Of a DNA stretch of 64,000 nucleotides, positions 48,383 to 57,641 are shown in pieces. How positions within the stretch are numbered: the stretch's first letter is position 1; each line of letters starts with the position of its first letter. The stretch lies in contig CACCNJ010000004.1 in the NCBI GenBank assembly GCA_902547295.1, positions 18,575 to 82,574 on the forward strand, given 5' to 3'. This DNA is from an uncultured SAR86 cluster bacterium (GTDB lineage Bacteria; Pseudomonadota; Gammaproteobacteria; Magnimaribacterales; D2472). A model generated the notes under the pieces. It made no database searches and was not told the origin of the DNA. It worked only from the letters and a program-made list of their open reading frames with translations. A program made the position numbers and the translations under genes.

Positions 48383-49870
48383 ATGTACAAAGTTGATCAC
48401 TTTATTAACGGAAAATCATCGTCTGAATCTAATAAAACATCAAAAATATATAATCCTTCATATGGAACTGAAATTGGAGAAGTCTTATGTGCAACAAATG
48501 AGGTTGCTGCAGAGGCTGTTGAATCTGCCTATGAAGCATCAAAAGCTTGGTCAAAAACTGGATTAATCTATAGATCAGAGTTAATTCTAAAATTTAGACA
48601 AAATGTCATTAATAGGTCTAAAGAAATAATTGATTTAGGTATAAGTGAGGCTGGAAAAACTCGACCAGATGCTGAGGCTGAGCTTGATAGGGCAGTTCAA
48701 GCATTGACTCATATTGCTGGCGTTCAACACTTTTACCCATCTCACTATAGTCAAAATGTTGCAGGTGGAATTGATATAGCTGACTTAAGATTTCCTATTG
48801 GTGTTGTCGTTGGCGTGGGTCCTTTTAATTTTCCAATCTTGATTCCATTATTGCACAGCGCCATGGCATTGGTGACTGGAAATACTTATATTGGCAAACC
48901 CAGCGAAAAAGTTCCCTCTGTCTCTAGGCTATATGCTGATATATGGAAAGAATCTGGCCTTCCAGATGGTTGTTATAATGTTGTTAATGGTGACAAAGAA
49001 ACAGTTGAATTTTTGATCTGTCATGAAAAAGTTGATGGCTTAGCATTTATCGGTAGTACAGCTGCTGCAAAGAGCTTAAAAATGCTCGGAGTTGAACATA
49101 ATACAAAAGTTCAAGCTCTGGGTGGTGCCAAAAATCATATGATTGTTCTTCCTGATGCTGACTTAGATATGTCAGCAGATGCTGCAGTTTCTGCTAGTTT
49201 TGGTGCTGCTGGCCAGAGATGCATGGCTGTATCTGTAGTTGTTGCTGTTGGTGATATAGCAGATGAACTCTTAGATAAAATTAAAGAAAGGATGCCGAAT
49301 TTAATTATGGGTGTTACTGATGATGATAAAACACAATTAGGACCAGTTATCTCACCTGAAAATAAAGATAGAATTTATTCATTTATTGATAGTGCTGAAC
49401 CTGATGGGGCAACTTTAGTTGTAGATGGAAGAATTAGATCTAATTCATTGGAGGGATGTTTTGTGGGTCCGACATTAATTGATAACGTTAAACCAGGTAT
49501 GGCTGTATATGAAAATGAAATTTTTGGACCTGTATTATCTTTTGTCAGAGCTAAAACTTATGATGAAGCTATGAAAATTACTAATTCAAATAATTTCGGA
49601 AATGGAGCTGCTTTATTTACACGTGATGGTGGAGTCGCAAAAAAATGGTCTGATGAGATTCAGGCTGGTTCAGTGGGTATTAATGTACCAATTCCTTTGC
49701 CAACTTATGCGCATAGTTTTGGTGGTTGGAAGGACAGTGCATTCTCGGAAACTAAAGGTTTTGGTCCATCAGCAATTGAGTTTTATACAAAGACCAAGTC
49801 CTTATCAACTCGTTGGCCAGATCCTGCTGACAGTAAGGTTGATTTAGGATTCCCAAGAAATGATAACTAA
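48383..49870 (+). CDS. mmsA: CoA-acylating (methyl)malonate-semialdehyde dehydrogenase
   Basis: PFNFP, KPSEKVP, VQALGGAKNH, FGAAGQRCMA, EIFGPVL, FGNGAALFT, GINVPIP, FGGWK. Confidence 0.88.
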   Translation: MYKVDHFINGKSSSESNKTSKIYNPSYGTEIGEVLCATNEVAAEAVESAYEASKAWSKTGLIYRSELILKFRQNVINRSKEIIDLGISEAGKTRPDAEAELDRAVQALTHIAGVQHFYPSHYSQNVAGGIDIADLRFPIGVVVGVGPFNFPILIPLLHSAMALVTGNTYIGKPSEKVPSVSRLYADIWKESGLPDGCYNVVNGDKETVEFLICHEKVDGLAFIGSTAAAKSLKMLGVEHNTKVQALGGAKNHMIVLPDADLDMSADAAVSASFGAAGQRCMAVSVVVAVGDIADELLDKIKERMPNLIMGVTDDDKTQLGPVISPENKDRIYSFIDSAEPDGATLVVDGRIRSNSLEGCFVGPTLIDNVKPGMAVYENEIFGPVLSFVRAKTYDEAMKITNSNNFGNGAALFTRDGGVAKKWSDEIQAGSVGINVPIPLPTYAHSFGGWKDSAFSETKGFGPSAIEFYTKTKSLSTRWPDPADSKVDLGFPRNDN

Positions 49871-51098
49871 TTTCTTAGATCGATTACTAAGCATCCTTTC
49901 TTATATCGTATTTGTATTTATTGATATATATATAAATCTTCGTATATTCTTCAGAGGTACTTCATCAAACAAAAAACTAAATTTTAAGGAATATTTTGTT
50001 TCAATTGAAAATGATAATCATACAATTAGTGAGATTGGTGATCACCAAGCAACTTCAGATAAAACCTTATTGTTAATTGGTGGTATACCAACAGATCCAA
50101 TTGAATCAATGTCATGGTTGGCATATGAGCTTCATAAAATAGATTCAACCCTTAGGATAATTATTTTTAATATGCCTCATTATGATGAACACTTTGATAT
50201 CGAATATTCTGAGGAATTTGCCATTTCTAATGGCGAAAGTTTCATAACTCGAAAAGAAATTGATTTTTCAACTCATAAAATTGATCCAAAATTTAGCCAT
50301 GTTAATCAATCAAAAACAGTTAACTTATTAATGAATAAAATAGAAATTGATGCTGCTCATGTTATTGGGCACGATAGGGGGGCTGTTATTCTAGAAAATC
50401 TTTGTATTAATAACCCAGAAAAGGTAATTACCTACTCAAGAGCCGCGCAAGTTTGGAATTATATAGAGCCTGAATGGAAAAATTTAGCTCCAAAAATTCC
50501 TATTGGCCCTCCACATAAATTAATGTCTATATATCATCAATTTAGAATATTATTCTTTCAAGTCTTGAATTTCAATAAACCAATTCGTTTACTTTCTGAA
50601 ACTTTTGAAATTAATGCAAAATCATCAAAAAAAGATAATGATCTTTATGATAGATACACAATTCTAAAGTATAAATCTCAAGTTTCTTATAAAAAATATT
50701 TCAAAAAAATTCAGCAATCTTTTATTCAAGGAGGTCTGGATATTGAGGTGCAGAATAGAATAAAACTAAAAAATACTTCGATACCCATAATGCAATTCCA
50801 AGGGGAGGATGAATTTAAAAGAGCGTCTAATGGATCTCTTATTTCTGATCAGCCATATTTTGGAAAATATAATTTATTTAGAAATGAAATTGAAGATATT
50901 TACCCATCGGCTGTAGATCAATCTTCAGTACCTCTTAAAAAAGAATATCTTTCTGATTTAGGTTTATATAAAGAAATTCAATTAAAGGAAGGGGCTACAT
51001 TCAATAAATTTTGTTTAATTCCAGATGCTGCACATTTTAATGTAATTGAAAATCCAAGAGCATGTGCACATGCCATTTATGATTTTATTAACACATAA
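49860..51098 (+). CDS. Divergent membrane-anchored alpha/beta hydrolase (Asp nucleophile)
   Basis: N-terminal TM segment, LLIGGIP in place of HGxP, IGHDRG nucleophile elbow, QGEDE, IPDAAHF..IENP. Confidence 0.65.
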   Translation: MITNFLDRLLSILSYIVFVFIDIYINLRIFFRGTSSNKKLNFKEYFVSIENDNHTISEIGDHQATSDKTLLLIGGIPTDPIESMSWLAYELHKIDSTLRIIIFNMPHYDEHFDIEYSEEFAISNGESFITRKEIDFSTHKIDPKFSHVNQSKTVNLLMNKIEIDAAHVIGHDRGAVILENLCINNPEKVITYSRAAQVWNYIEPEWKNLAPKIPIGPPHKLMSIYHQFRILFFQVLNFNKPIRLLSETFEINAKSSKKDNDLYDRYTILKYKSQVSYKKYFKKIQQSFIQGGLDIEVQNRIKLKNTSIPIMQFQGEDEFKRASNGSLISDQPYFGKYNLFRNEIEDIYPSAVDQSSVPLKKEYLSDLGLYKEIQLKEGATFNKFCLIPDAAHFNVIENPRACAHAIYDFINT

Positions 51099-51136
51099 GT
51101 CTTAGAGGATACTTAAACCTCTAATATTTGATAACT

Positions 51137-51991
51137 ATGAAAAAATATATAGATGTTAAAGGTAAAAAATTAGCTTACATTGATAAGGGTAAGGGTGATG
51201 CAATTGTATTTATTCATGGAAATCCAGCATCGTCTTATTTGTGGAGAAATATTGCTCCTAATTTTATTAAATCACATAGGATAATTGTTCCGGATTTAAT
51301 TGGCATGGGAGACTCAGAAAAACTTGGAGGCGTTGATAACTCTGAATACTCATTTAATGGCCATTATAATTTTTTGGATGAATTTTTAATCAAATTAAAT
51401 CTTGGAGAAAAAATCAACCTTGTAATTCATGATTGGGGTTGCGGTCTAGGACTAAAGTTTGCAAGACTGCACCCTGAGATAATTTCATCAATAACATTCA
51501 TGGAAGGGATTACAGTTCCGCTTAAATGGGAACAATGGCCAGAAGCTGGAACAAAGATATTTAAATTATTTCGATCTGAAGTCGGAGAAGAGTTAATTCT
51601 TGATAAAAACATCTTTGTAGAAAGAATTTTATTTGCCGATCCTATAACGCCAATGTCAGACGAAACAAAAGAGGAGTATCTAAGACCTTTTTTAAATCCA
51701 GGTGAAGATAGAAGACCAACTTTAACTTTTCCAAGAAATATTCCTCTTGATGGAGAGCCTAATGATACTTACGTTGAAATCAATAAAAATGCAGAATTTC
51801 ATAAAAATTCAAATATACCAAAATTATTTATTAATGCTGATCCAGGATTTCTTCTGGTTGGATCTCAACGCGACGAGGTAAGAGACTGGAATAATCTTAA
51901 AGAAGTAACTGTAAAAGGTAACCATTTCATCCAAGAAGATTCCCCTGATGAAATTACAGCTCATATAAAAGATTTTATAAATAATTTATAA
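51137..51991 (+). CDS. Haloalkane dehalogenase (LinB/DhaA-like)
   Basis: HGNPASSYLWRNI, PDLIGMGDS, VIHDWG, FMEG, RRPTLTFPRNIP, GNHFIQEDSPDEI. Start placed at the ATG at 51137. Confidence 0.9.
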   Translation: MKKYIDVKGKKLAYIDKGKGDAIVFIHGNPASSYLWRNIAPNFIKSHRIIVPDLIGMGDSEKLGGVDNSEYSFNGHYNFLDEFLIKLNLGEKINLVIHDWGCGLGLKFARLHPEIISSITFMEGITVPLKWEQWPEAGTKIFKLFRSEVGEELILDKNIFVERILFADPITPMSDETKEEYLRPFLNPGEDRRPTLTFPRNIPLDGEPNDTYVEINKNAEFHKNSNIPKLFINADPGFLLVGSQRDEVRDWNNLKEVTVKGNHFIQEDSPDEITAHIKDFINNL

Positions 51992-52033
51992 AGGTGTTTA
52001 ATAATAATTATATTAGTTTTTTAAGGAGCAAAA

Positions 52034-52345
52034 ATGGCAAATATTAATGTATATGTAGTGGTAAATTTAACTATAAATGATGCGGACGAATACAGGATTT
52101 ATGAAAAAGGATTTTTTCCAATTTTAAAAAAACATAATGGAACATTTATTACATATGATGATTCACCAGATGTACTGGAAGGACCAAAACCATTACCTGG
52201 AAGAGCAATTATTTTTTCTTTTCCAACTGAAAAAGATGCTAATAATTGGTGGAATGATGTTGATTATCAAGAATTAAGTAAACATAGAAGGGCAGGAACA
52301 AATGCAACTATTCAAAGAATTAAAGGACTTCCTCCAAGAGAATAA
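52034..52345 (+). CDS. DUF1330-family dimeric alpha/beta-barrel protein
   Basis: KHNG.F, VLEG, IIFSFPT..DA..WWND.DYQ...HR. Confidence 0.8.
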   Translation: MANINVYVVVNLTINDADEYRIYEKGFFPILKKHNGTFITYDDSPDVLEGPKPLPGRAIIFSFPTEKDANNWWNDVDYQELSKHRRAGTNATIQRIKGLPPRE

Positions 52346-52887
52346 TGATTGATTATCTAAGAATACAAAAAATTATCCATTGGTTGATGGCGATTATCAT
52401 AATGCTTGATTTAAATGTTGCTCAAAAATTTGGGGGTGAAATGGAACTTTTGGATCGTTTAGAATCAAGAGTTGATCATGCAACAGCTGGAATGATAGTT
52501 ACTTTCTTGTTTGTTTTAAGAATAATTTTAAGATATCGCTATGGAGCGCCAAGTCTCCCGCAGACAATGCCTTTATGGCAAACATATTTGGCAAAATTAG
52601 GTCATTTTGGACTTTATTTTCTTATGGGCTTATTAATTGTGTCTGGAATAACAGCAGCTAATTTTACAAATGATCCAATTGTGGTGTTTGGCTTATTTAA
52701 TTTGTCATCAGAAGTAGATAATTTATATATGTTTGAGTTAATTCGAGGCATTCACGAGTTTGCAACAAATGCAATTATTGCTTTAATAACTATCCATATA
52801 TTAGCGGCTATCTATCATCACTTTATAGTAAAAGACGATACCACTAAAAATATGCTTAAATTTTGGACAAGAAAGTCTGTTAGATGA
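52345..52887 (+). CDS. Cytochrome b561 (CybB/YceJ-like)
   Basis: Four TM helices with His residues: IHWLMA, DHATAG, GHFGLY, IHEF, IHILAAIYHH. Confidence 0.85.
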   Translation: MIDYLRIQKIIHWLMAIIIMLDLNVAQKFGGEMELLDRLESRVDHATAGMIVTFLFVLRIILRYRYGAPSLPQTMPLWQTYLAKLGHFGLYFLMGLLIVSGITAANFTNDPIVVFGLFNLSSEVDNLYMFELIRGIHEFATNAIIALITIHILAAIYHHFIVKDDTTKNMLKFWTRKSVR

Positions 52888-53357
52888 TAATCCAAAGCCA
52901 ATTAGAAATTAATAAACAACCTGATACGGTTATTGATTTAATTAAAAGCGAGAATAACCTTGAAAAATTTCATCCTTTTTGTAAAAAAAATATAGTAATT
53001 AAATGGGATCAGGAAAACTCTGAAGATATTGTTATATATCATAGTGGAAAACAATACTTGAGAAAATTTACTGAATGGAATGAAAATGGTTATAAGCTTG
53101 AAATATTTGAGGATAGAAAACTTGCAGATATTACTTGGCAGATTGAAGATTCTAAAAACAAATCTATTATAAAAATTACGGCAAAACCATATTTACCTTA
53201 TAAATATAATCTTATAAACGTAATAGTATTCAATGTTTATGTTAAGTATGTGCTTCAAAGTTACTTAAATTCAGTCGTAAAAGGTCTTAAATATTACTTA
53301 GAATCAAATAAAACAGTATTACATAATCAATTTGGTAAACATATATGGTATTCTTGA
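52884..53357 (+). CDS. Hypothetical protein, SRPBCC/START-like fold suspected
   Basis: About 157 aa, NLEKFHPFC, C-terminal helix ending GLKYYLE. Translationally coupled to the upstream gene. Confidence 0.5.
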   Translation: MIIQSQLEINKQPDTVIDLIKSENNLEKFHPFCKKNIVIKWDQENSEDIVIYHSGKQYLRKFTEWNENGYKLEIFEDRKLADITWQIEDSKNKSIIKITAKPYLPYKYNLINVIVFNVYVKYVLQSYLNSVVKGLKYYLESNKTVLHNQFGKHIWYS

Positions 53358-53407
53358 TATATATTATTTAACATAATATATATTATGCGAACCTATATAT
53401 CTTAATC

Positions 53408-54433
53408 CTACGAAGATACACCTATAGCAACTGGCCTAATTGGTGATGCTGAACTACCCTTCGTCATTAAAGGTAATATTATTACGCATGACAGCTCTAC
53501 ATTATCTTCAGCTAACTCTTTAAGTTTGAAATTCTCAAGCGTATGGACACCTGATTGTGTTAAAAAATAATGATGTGCTGGATTTGCAATACCTTTTGGA
53601 TTTTGGGATCTTTCAGGACCATATTCAGATTCATCTGCAAATGTATCAACACCCCATGTATCCAACCCTACTCCAACAACTTTTTTGTCACTAAGGTACT
53701 TAACAAGATTGTAAGAAACACCAGGTGCTTTGGTATAGTAAAGTCCAAGTTCATCAGGGTCTTGATAATTGTCACTCCAACCAGTGTTAATTAGTACAAC
53801 ATCACCTGGTAATATTCCTCTGTCTTTTAATTTAGTTTTACTAATAGTATCTTTAACATGTTTAACTGTTACGTATTCACCTGCTTTCATGGCTCGTCCA
53901 TCAAATATGTGCTTTCTTACATCCAAGAAAACAGCAGTTGTAATAATGGGTGGTACCGTTTCGATACCAAGTTTGTTTAATGGCGAATCTGGCTTTGGTT
54001 TTACCTCTTTTCCATCAAAATCACCAAAATATTTTAATGATGATAAATCAGCCTCACCATTGCCATCCCAAACTTCGTCTGTATAACCAAAGTGACCTAA
54101 TGCATCCATTTGCGTTCCTTGATTTCCGTCGTTTACGTCTTCATTAAGAACATCCATTGTAAAAACCTGTCTTGATCCTGCCCATGGTATTTCTGGTAGA
54201 AATTTTGGTTTATATTCACCTGCAAAGGGAGATAAAGGCATAGAAGATGTTCTTTCATATGATAATTCATATACCTTTGCATTAGGGTCGCTCATTTGTT
54301 GTGCACACCTTTTATATGTCTCTATACCAAGTAACTTCGTCATTCCTCTTTGATCATCAAAATTATCTGCAGAAATTATAGAGCTTATAAAATATAGAGT
54401 AATAATTATGTGAATTTGTGATTTAAATATCAT
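53408..54433 (-). CDS. Cyclase-family (kynurenine formamidase/isatin hydrolase-like) metal amidohydrolase with signal peptide
   Basis: QGTQMDALGHF, GDVVLINTGW, VGLDTW, HHYFL..GVHTLEN, KGSSASPIRPVA. Start placed at 54433 (MIFKSQIHIIITLYFISSIISAD). Confidence 0.82.
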   Translation of the reverse strand: MIFKSQIHIIITLYFISSIISADNFDDQRGMTKLLGIETYKRCAQQMSDPNAKVYELSYERTSSMPLSPFAGEYKPKFLPEIPWAGSRQVFTMDVLNEDVNDGNQGTQMDALGHFGYTDEVWDGNGEADLSSLKYFGDFDGKEVKPKPDSPLNKLGIETVPPIITTAVFLDVRKHIFDGRAMKAGEYVTVKHVKDTISKTKLKDRGILPGDVVLINTGWSDNYQDPDELGLYYTKAPGVSYNLVKYLSDKKVVGVGLDTWGVDTFADESEYGPERSQNPKGIANPAHHYFLTQSGVHTLENFKLKELAEDNVELSCVIILPLMTKGSSASPIRPVAIGVSS

Positions 54434-54728
54434 GATGGGGTTCTCCACAAATTGTTGCTTTTAATCCTGATGCGCCACCTTCTAATAAAGGCTCCAAAAT
54501 ATCTAGTAATCCAGTCTCTACTCTCCAGTTTAAGTATTTTGCTTGATGTTCAAGCGATTCCCAATCCTCAATTAAATGAATAGTATTAGATGCGTCCTCT
54601 ATATAAGTTACAACTGAGATACATCCATCAAATGATCTTGTATCTGGTAAAGCAGCTTTTAAAGTTTCTTTAAGATTTTCTAACATGCCCTCTTTTGCAG
54701 GAAAAGAAACAATTACTAAATTTTTCAT
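54423..54728 (-). CDS. Antibiotic biosynthesis monooxygenase (ABM)-family protein
   Basis: LPDTRSFDGC, IEDWES.EH..Y..WR. Confidence 0.8.
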   Translation of the reverse strand: MKNLVIVSFPAKEGMLENLKETLKAALPDTRSFDGCISVVTYIEDASNTIHLIEDWESLEHQAKYLNWRVETGLLDILEPLLEGGASGLKATICGEPHHDI

Positions 54729-54799
54729 ATTAACTCCATTAATTTATACTTTTATTATATTATTCAATATAAACATATACATCTTATTGGGGTAATAAA

Positions 54800-57640
54800 A
54801 TGCACATAAAAACACTTTCTCTATTATTAGTTTCATTAAATATTAGTGCTAATACATTAATGGAACCTACTTCAAAGTCAGAAGATTTATATGATGGTGT
54901 TATTTTAGATGGGACATATTCTAGTGAAATTGATAGACCATCAGTTTATTTAGGATTTGAAGTTGGAGAACGTGTTGCAGCGCCCTATCAAATATCCAAT
55001 GCAGTATTAGCATGGTCAAAACAATCTGATCGAATGATAGTTAAGGAGTATGCAAAAAGTCATGAAGGTCGTCCGCTGTATGCAATCTTTATATCATCAC
55101 CAGAGAACCTATCAAAATTAGATGAAATAAAAGAGAACATAAATTTATTATCTGACGGTGAGAATACAAATGGAAATAAAGCGAGAGCTTTAATTGATGA
55201 GTTGCCTGCAATTGCATGGATGGCATATTCAATTCATGGAAATGAAACCTCTGGTGCAGATGCTGCATTGGCAGCAATATATCATTTCATAGCTAGCGAG
55301 GATCCTGAAACTCTTGATATGCTAGATAAAATGCTGATCATTATTGATCCAATGATGAATCCTGACGGAAGAGCAAGATTTGCTAAATCATTGCAAGAAT
55401 ATAGAGGAACAGCACCCAATTATGACGATCAATCGCTACTTCATACAGGTGATTGGCCCTATGGAAGAACAAATCATTATTTCTTTGATTTAAATAGAGA
55501 TTGGATATATTTAACTCAACCTGAGACTCAAGGAAGAGTAAAACTTATTAATGAGTGGAGTCCTCAAATATTAGTAGACGCTCATGAAATGGGACCACAA
55601 GATACCTTTATGACAGGACCGCCACGAGAGCCTATAAACAAAAATATTGATAAAGACTTACTTAAATGGGGAAATATATTTGCACAAGATCAAGGTAACG
55701 CATTTGATGAAAGAGATTGGCGTTTTTATACAGGTGAATGGCATGAAGATTTATATCCTGGTTATTCATTTTATGTTCAATTCAGGGGCACTTTAGGAAT
55801 TTTATATGAACAATCAAGAATGGCAGAAGATGGCGTAAGAAGACCTGAAGGAACAATTCAATCATATAAGGAATCAGTTCATCATCAATATGTAAGTACT
55901 ATGGTGAACCTTAAGACTCTTCTCAAAAACTCAAAATCAATGTATCAAGACTTTTGGGAAGGAAGAAGATATAACGTTTCTAGAGATAGCAACTATGCCA
56001 ATAGAACATTTGTAATATTACCAACTAAAAATAATACAAGAATTAATACACTTGCTGAAAAATTAAAATTTCAAGATATTCAACTCTATAAAAATGAGAA
56101 ACCTATTCTTGTAAAAAATATTTTAAAACAAACAGGTGATGTTGAAGAAAATTTTACTATTCCGCCAGGAAGTATGATTATTCCGAATAGACAAGCTGAG
56201 GCCCCTCTTATATCAGCAATAATGGAATTTGATGCCGATATAGATGAAGAAGTATTGATTGAAGAAAAACAAAGTGTTCTTAGAGACGGTTCATCAATAA
56301 TGTACGACACAACAGCATTTAATTTTTCTATGGTTTATGGTCTCGAGGCTATAACTGTTCCAGAAAATATAAGTTCTAATTTAGTTGATTGGGAGTCATC
56401 AAATCAATCTATTGAAGTTAGTAATGAAGCAGTAATATGGGCAACTGATGGAGTTGATGATAATTCTGTAGCCTTTGCTGCTAGATTGATGGAACAAGAT
56501 GTTCAAGTAAGAATAATAGATAAAGAAGCAAGCCTTTCAGGGTATAACTTATCAAGAGGAAGCGTAGCTGTCATTCGCATGGATAATCCCAATATAACTA
56601 ATTTAAGTGAAATTGTTAGTAAAGTAGCATCAGAATTAAATATTTCAATTGTTTCCCTTGATTCAGGTTTTGGTCCTGAAGAACTACCAGATTGGGGCGG
56701 AAGACATTTTAGATTACTTAAAAAACCACAGATCGCTATATTAAGTCATGAAGGATTTAATTCTTATGACGTTGGTGTTAGCTGGTGGTCAATCGATCAT
56801 CATTTAGGAATTAGACACAGCCAACTCAATACGTCTATCTTAAGTTACGCTGACTTAAGAAGATACAACACAATAGTTGTTCCTAGTGGATGGGCTTTAG
56901 ATGATAATTCAAAAAAATCATTAAATGACTGGGTTAGACAAGGTGGTACTTTAATTGCTCATAATTATGGTACTAGATCTCTTATTGGTGATAATGGAAT
57001 TGGTAATGTAAAACACTTAAGTGATACATTTGATAATAGTGAAGATTACAATTTTGATTTGCAGAGAGAGATTTATTCTCTTGAAGATAATATTAACAAA
57101 GAAGATGCTTTAAATAACAAAGTTAACCTAAATATAAATTATCCCTGGGAAAGTGCAGATAAAATTTCTGAGGACTTAAAAAAACGAGATAAGTGGCAAT
57201 CAATTTTTATGCCCTCTGGTGCAATGGTTGCAGGACGAACAGACCAGAAACATTGGCTAACATTTGGAGCTATAGACGTATTACCTGTTTTATATGGTAA
57301 CTACCCTATTCTTATGACTAGTGACAATGCTCAAGCAGCAGTAAGAATTGGTGAATTAATTAACGATCCAACAAAAGAAAGTGTACGTGCTATAAATTGG
57401 TCAACGATTCCAGCTGGTAAAGATATTAACGTAAGAATGAGTGGTCTAGTTTGGCCTGAAGCATCACAAAGAATTGCAAATTCAGCCTATTTAACTCGAG
57501 AAAAAGTTGGCAAAGGTCAGGTTATACTATTTTCAGGTGAGCCAAATTATAGAGGTTCCGCTCTAGGTACCAATAGACTTTGGCTTAATGCCGTAGTCTA
57601 TGGAGCTGGTCTAGGATCCAATTCAGAAATTGATTTATAA
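54800..57640 (+). CDS. Exported M14-family zinc carboxypeptidase with C-terminal glutamine-amidotransferase-like domain
   Basis: Signal peptide, SIHGNE, NPDGR, NHYFFDLNRDW, DAHEMG, WVRQGGTLIA, GKGQVILF..PNYR. Confidence 0.88.
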   Translation: MHIKTLSLLLVSLNISANTLMEPTSKSEDLYDGVILDGTYSSEIDRPSVYLGFEVGERVAAPYQISNAVLAWSKQSDRMIVKEYAKSHEGRPLYAIFISSPENLSKLDEIKENINLLSDGENTNGNKARALIDELPAIAWMAYSIHGNETSGADAALAAIYHFIASEDPETLDMLDKMLIIIDPMMNPDGRARFAKSLQEYRGTAPNYDDQSLLHTGDWPYGRTNHYFFDLNRDWIYLTQPETQGRVKLINEWSPQILVDAHEMGPQDTFMTGPPREPINKNIDKDLLKWGNIFAQDQGNAFDERDWRFYTGEWHEDLYPGYSFYVQFRGTLGILYEQSRMAEDGVRRPEGTIQSYKESVHHQYVSTMVNLKTLLKNSKSMYQDFWEGRRYNVSRDSNYANRTFVILPTKNNTRINTLAEKLKFQDIQLYKNEKPILVKNILKQTGDVEENFTIPPGSMIIPNRQAEAPLISAIMEFDADIDEEVLIEEKQSVLRDGSSIMYDTTAFNFSMVYGLEAITVPENISSNLVDWESSNQSIEVSNEAVIWATDGVDDNSVAFAARLMEQDVQVRIIDKEASLSGYNLSRGSVAVIRMDNPNITNLSEIVSKVASELNISIVSLDSGFGPEELPDWGGRHFRLLKKPQIAILSHEGFNSYDVGVSWWSIDHHLGIRHSQLNTSILSYADLRRYNTIVVPSGWALDDNSKKSLNDWVRQGGTLIAHNYGTRSLIGDNGIGNVKHLSDTFDNSEDYNFDLQREIYSLEDNINKEDALNNKVNLNINYPWESADKISEDLKKRDKWQSIFMPSGAMVAGRTDQKHWLTFGAIDVLPVLYGNYPILMTSDNAQAAVRIGELINDPTKESVRAINWSTIPAGKDINVRMSGLVWPEASQRIANSAYLTREKVGKGQVILFSGEPNYRGSALGTNRLWLNAVVYGAGLGSNSEIDL

Positions 57641-57641
57641 A

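Noticed and set aside
51137-51991. Possible Renilla-type luciferase
   Set aside because: It shares the fold, but the motifs match bacterial LinB/DhaA-type dehalogenases and nothing in the context suggests bioluminescence.
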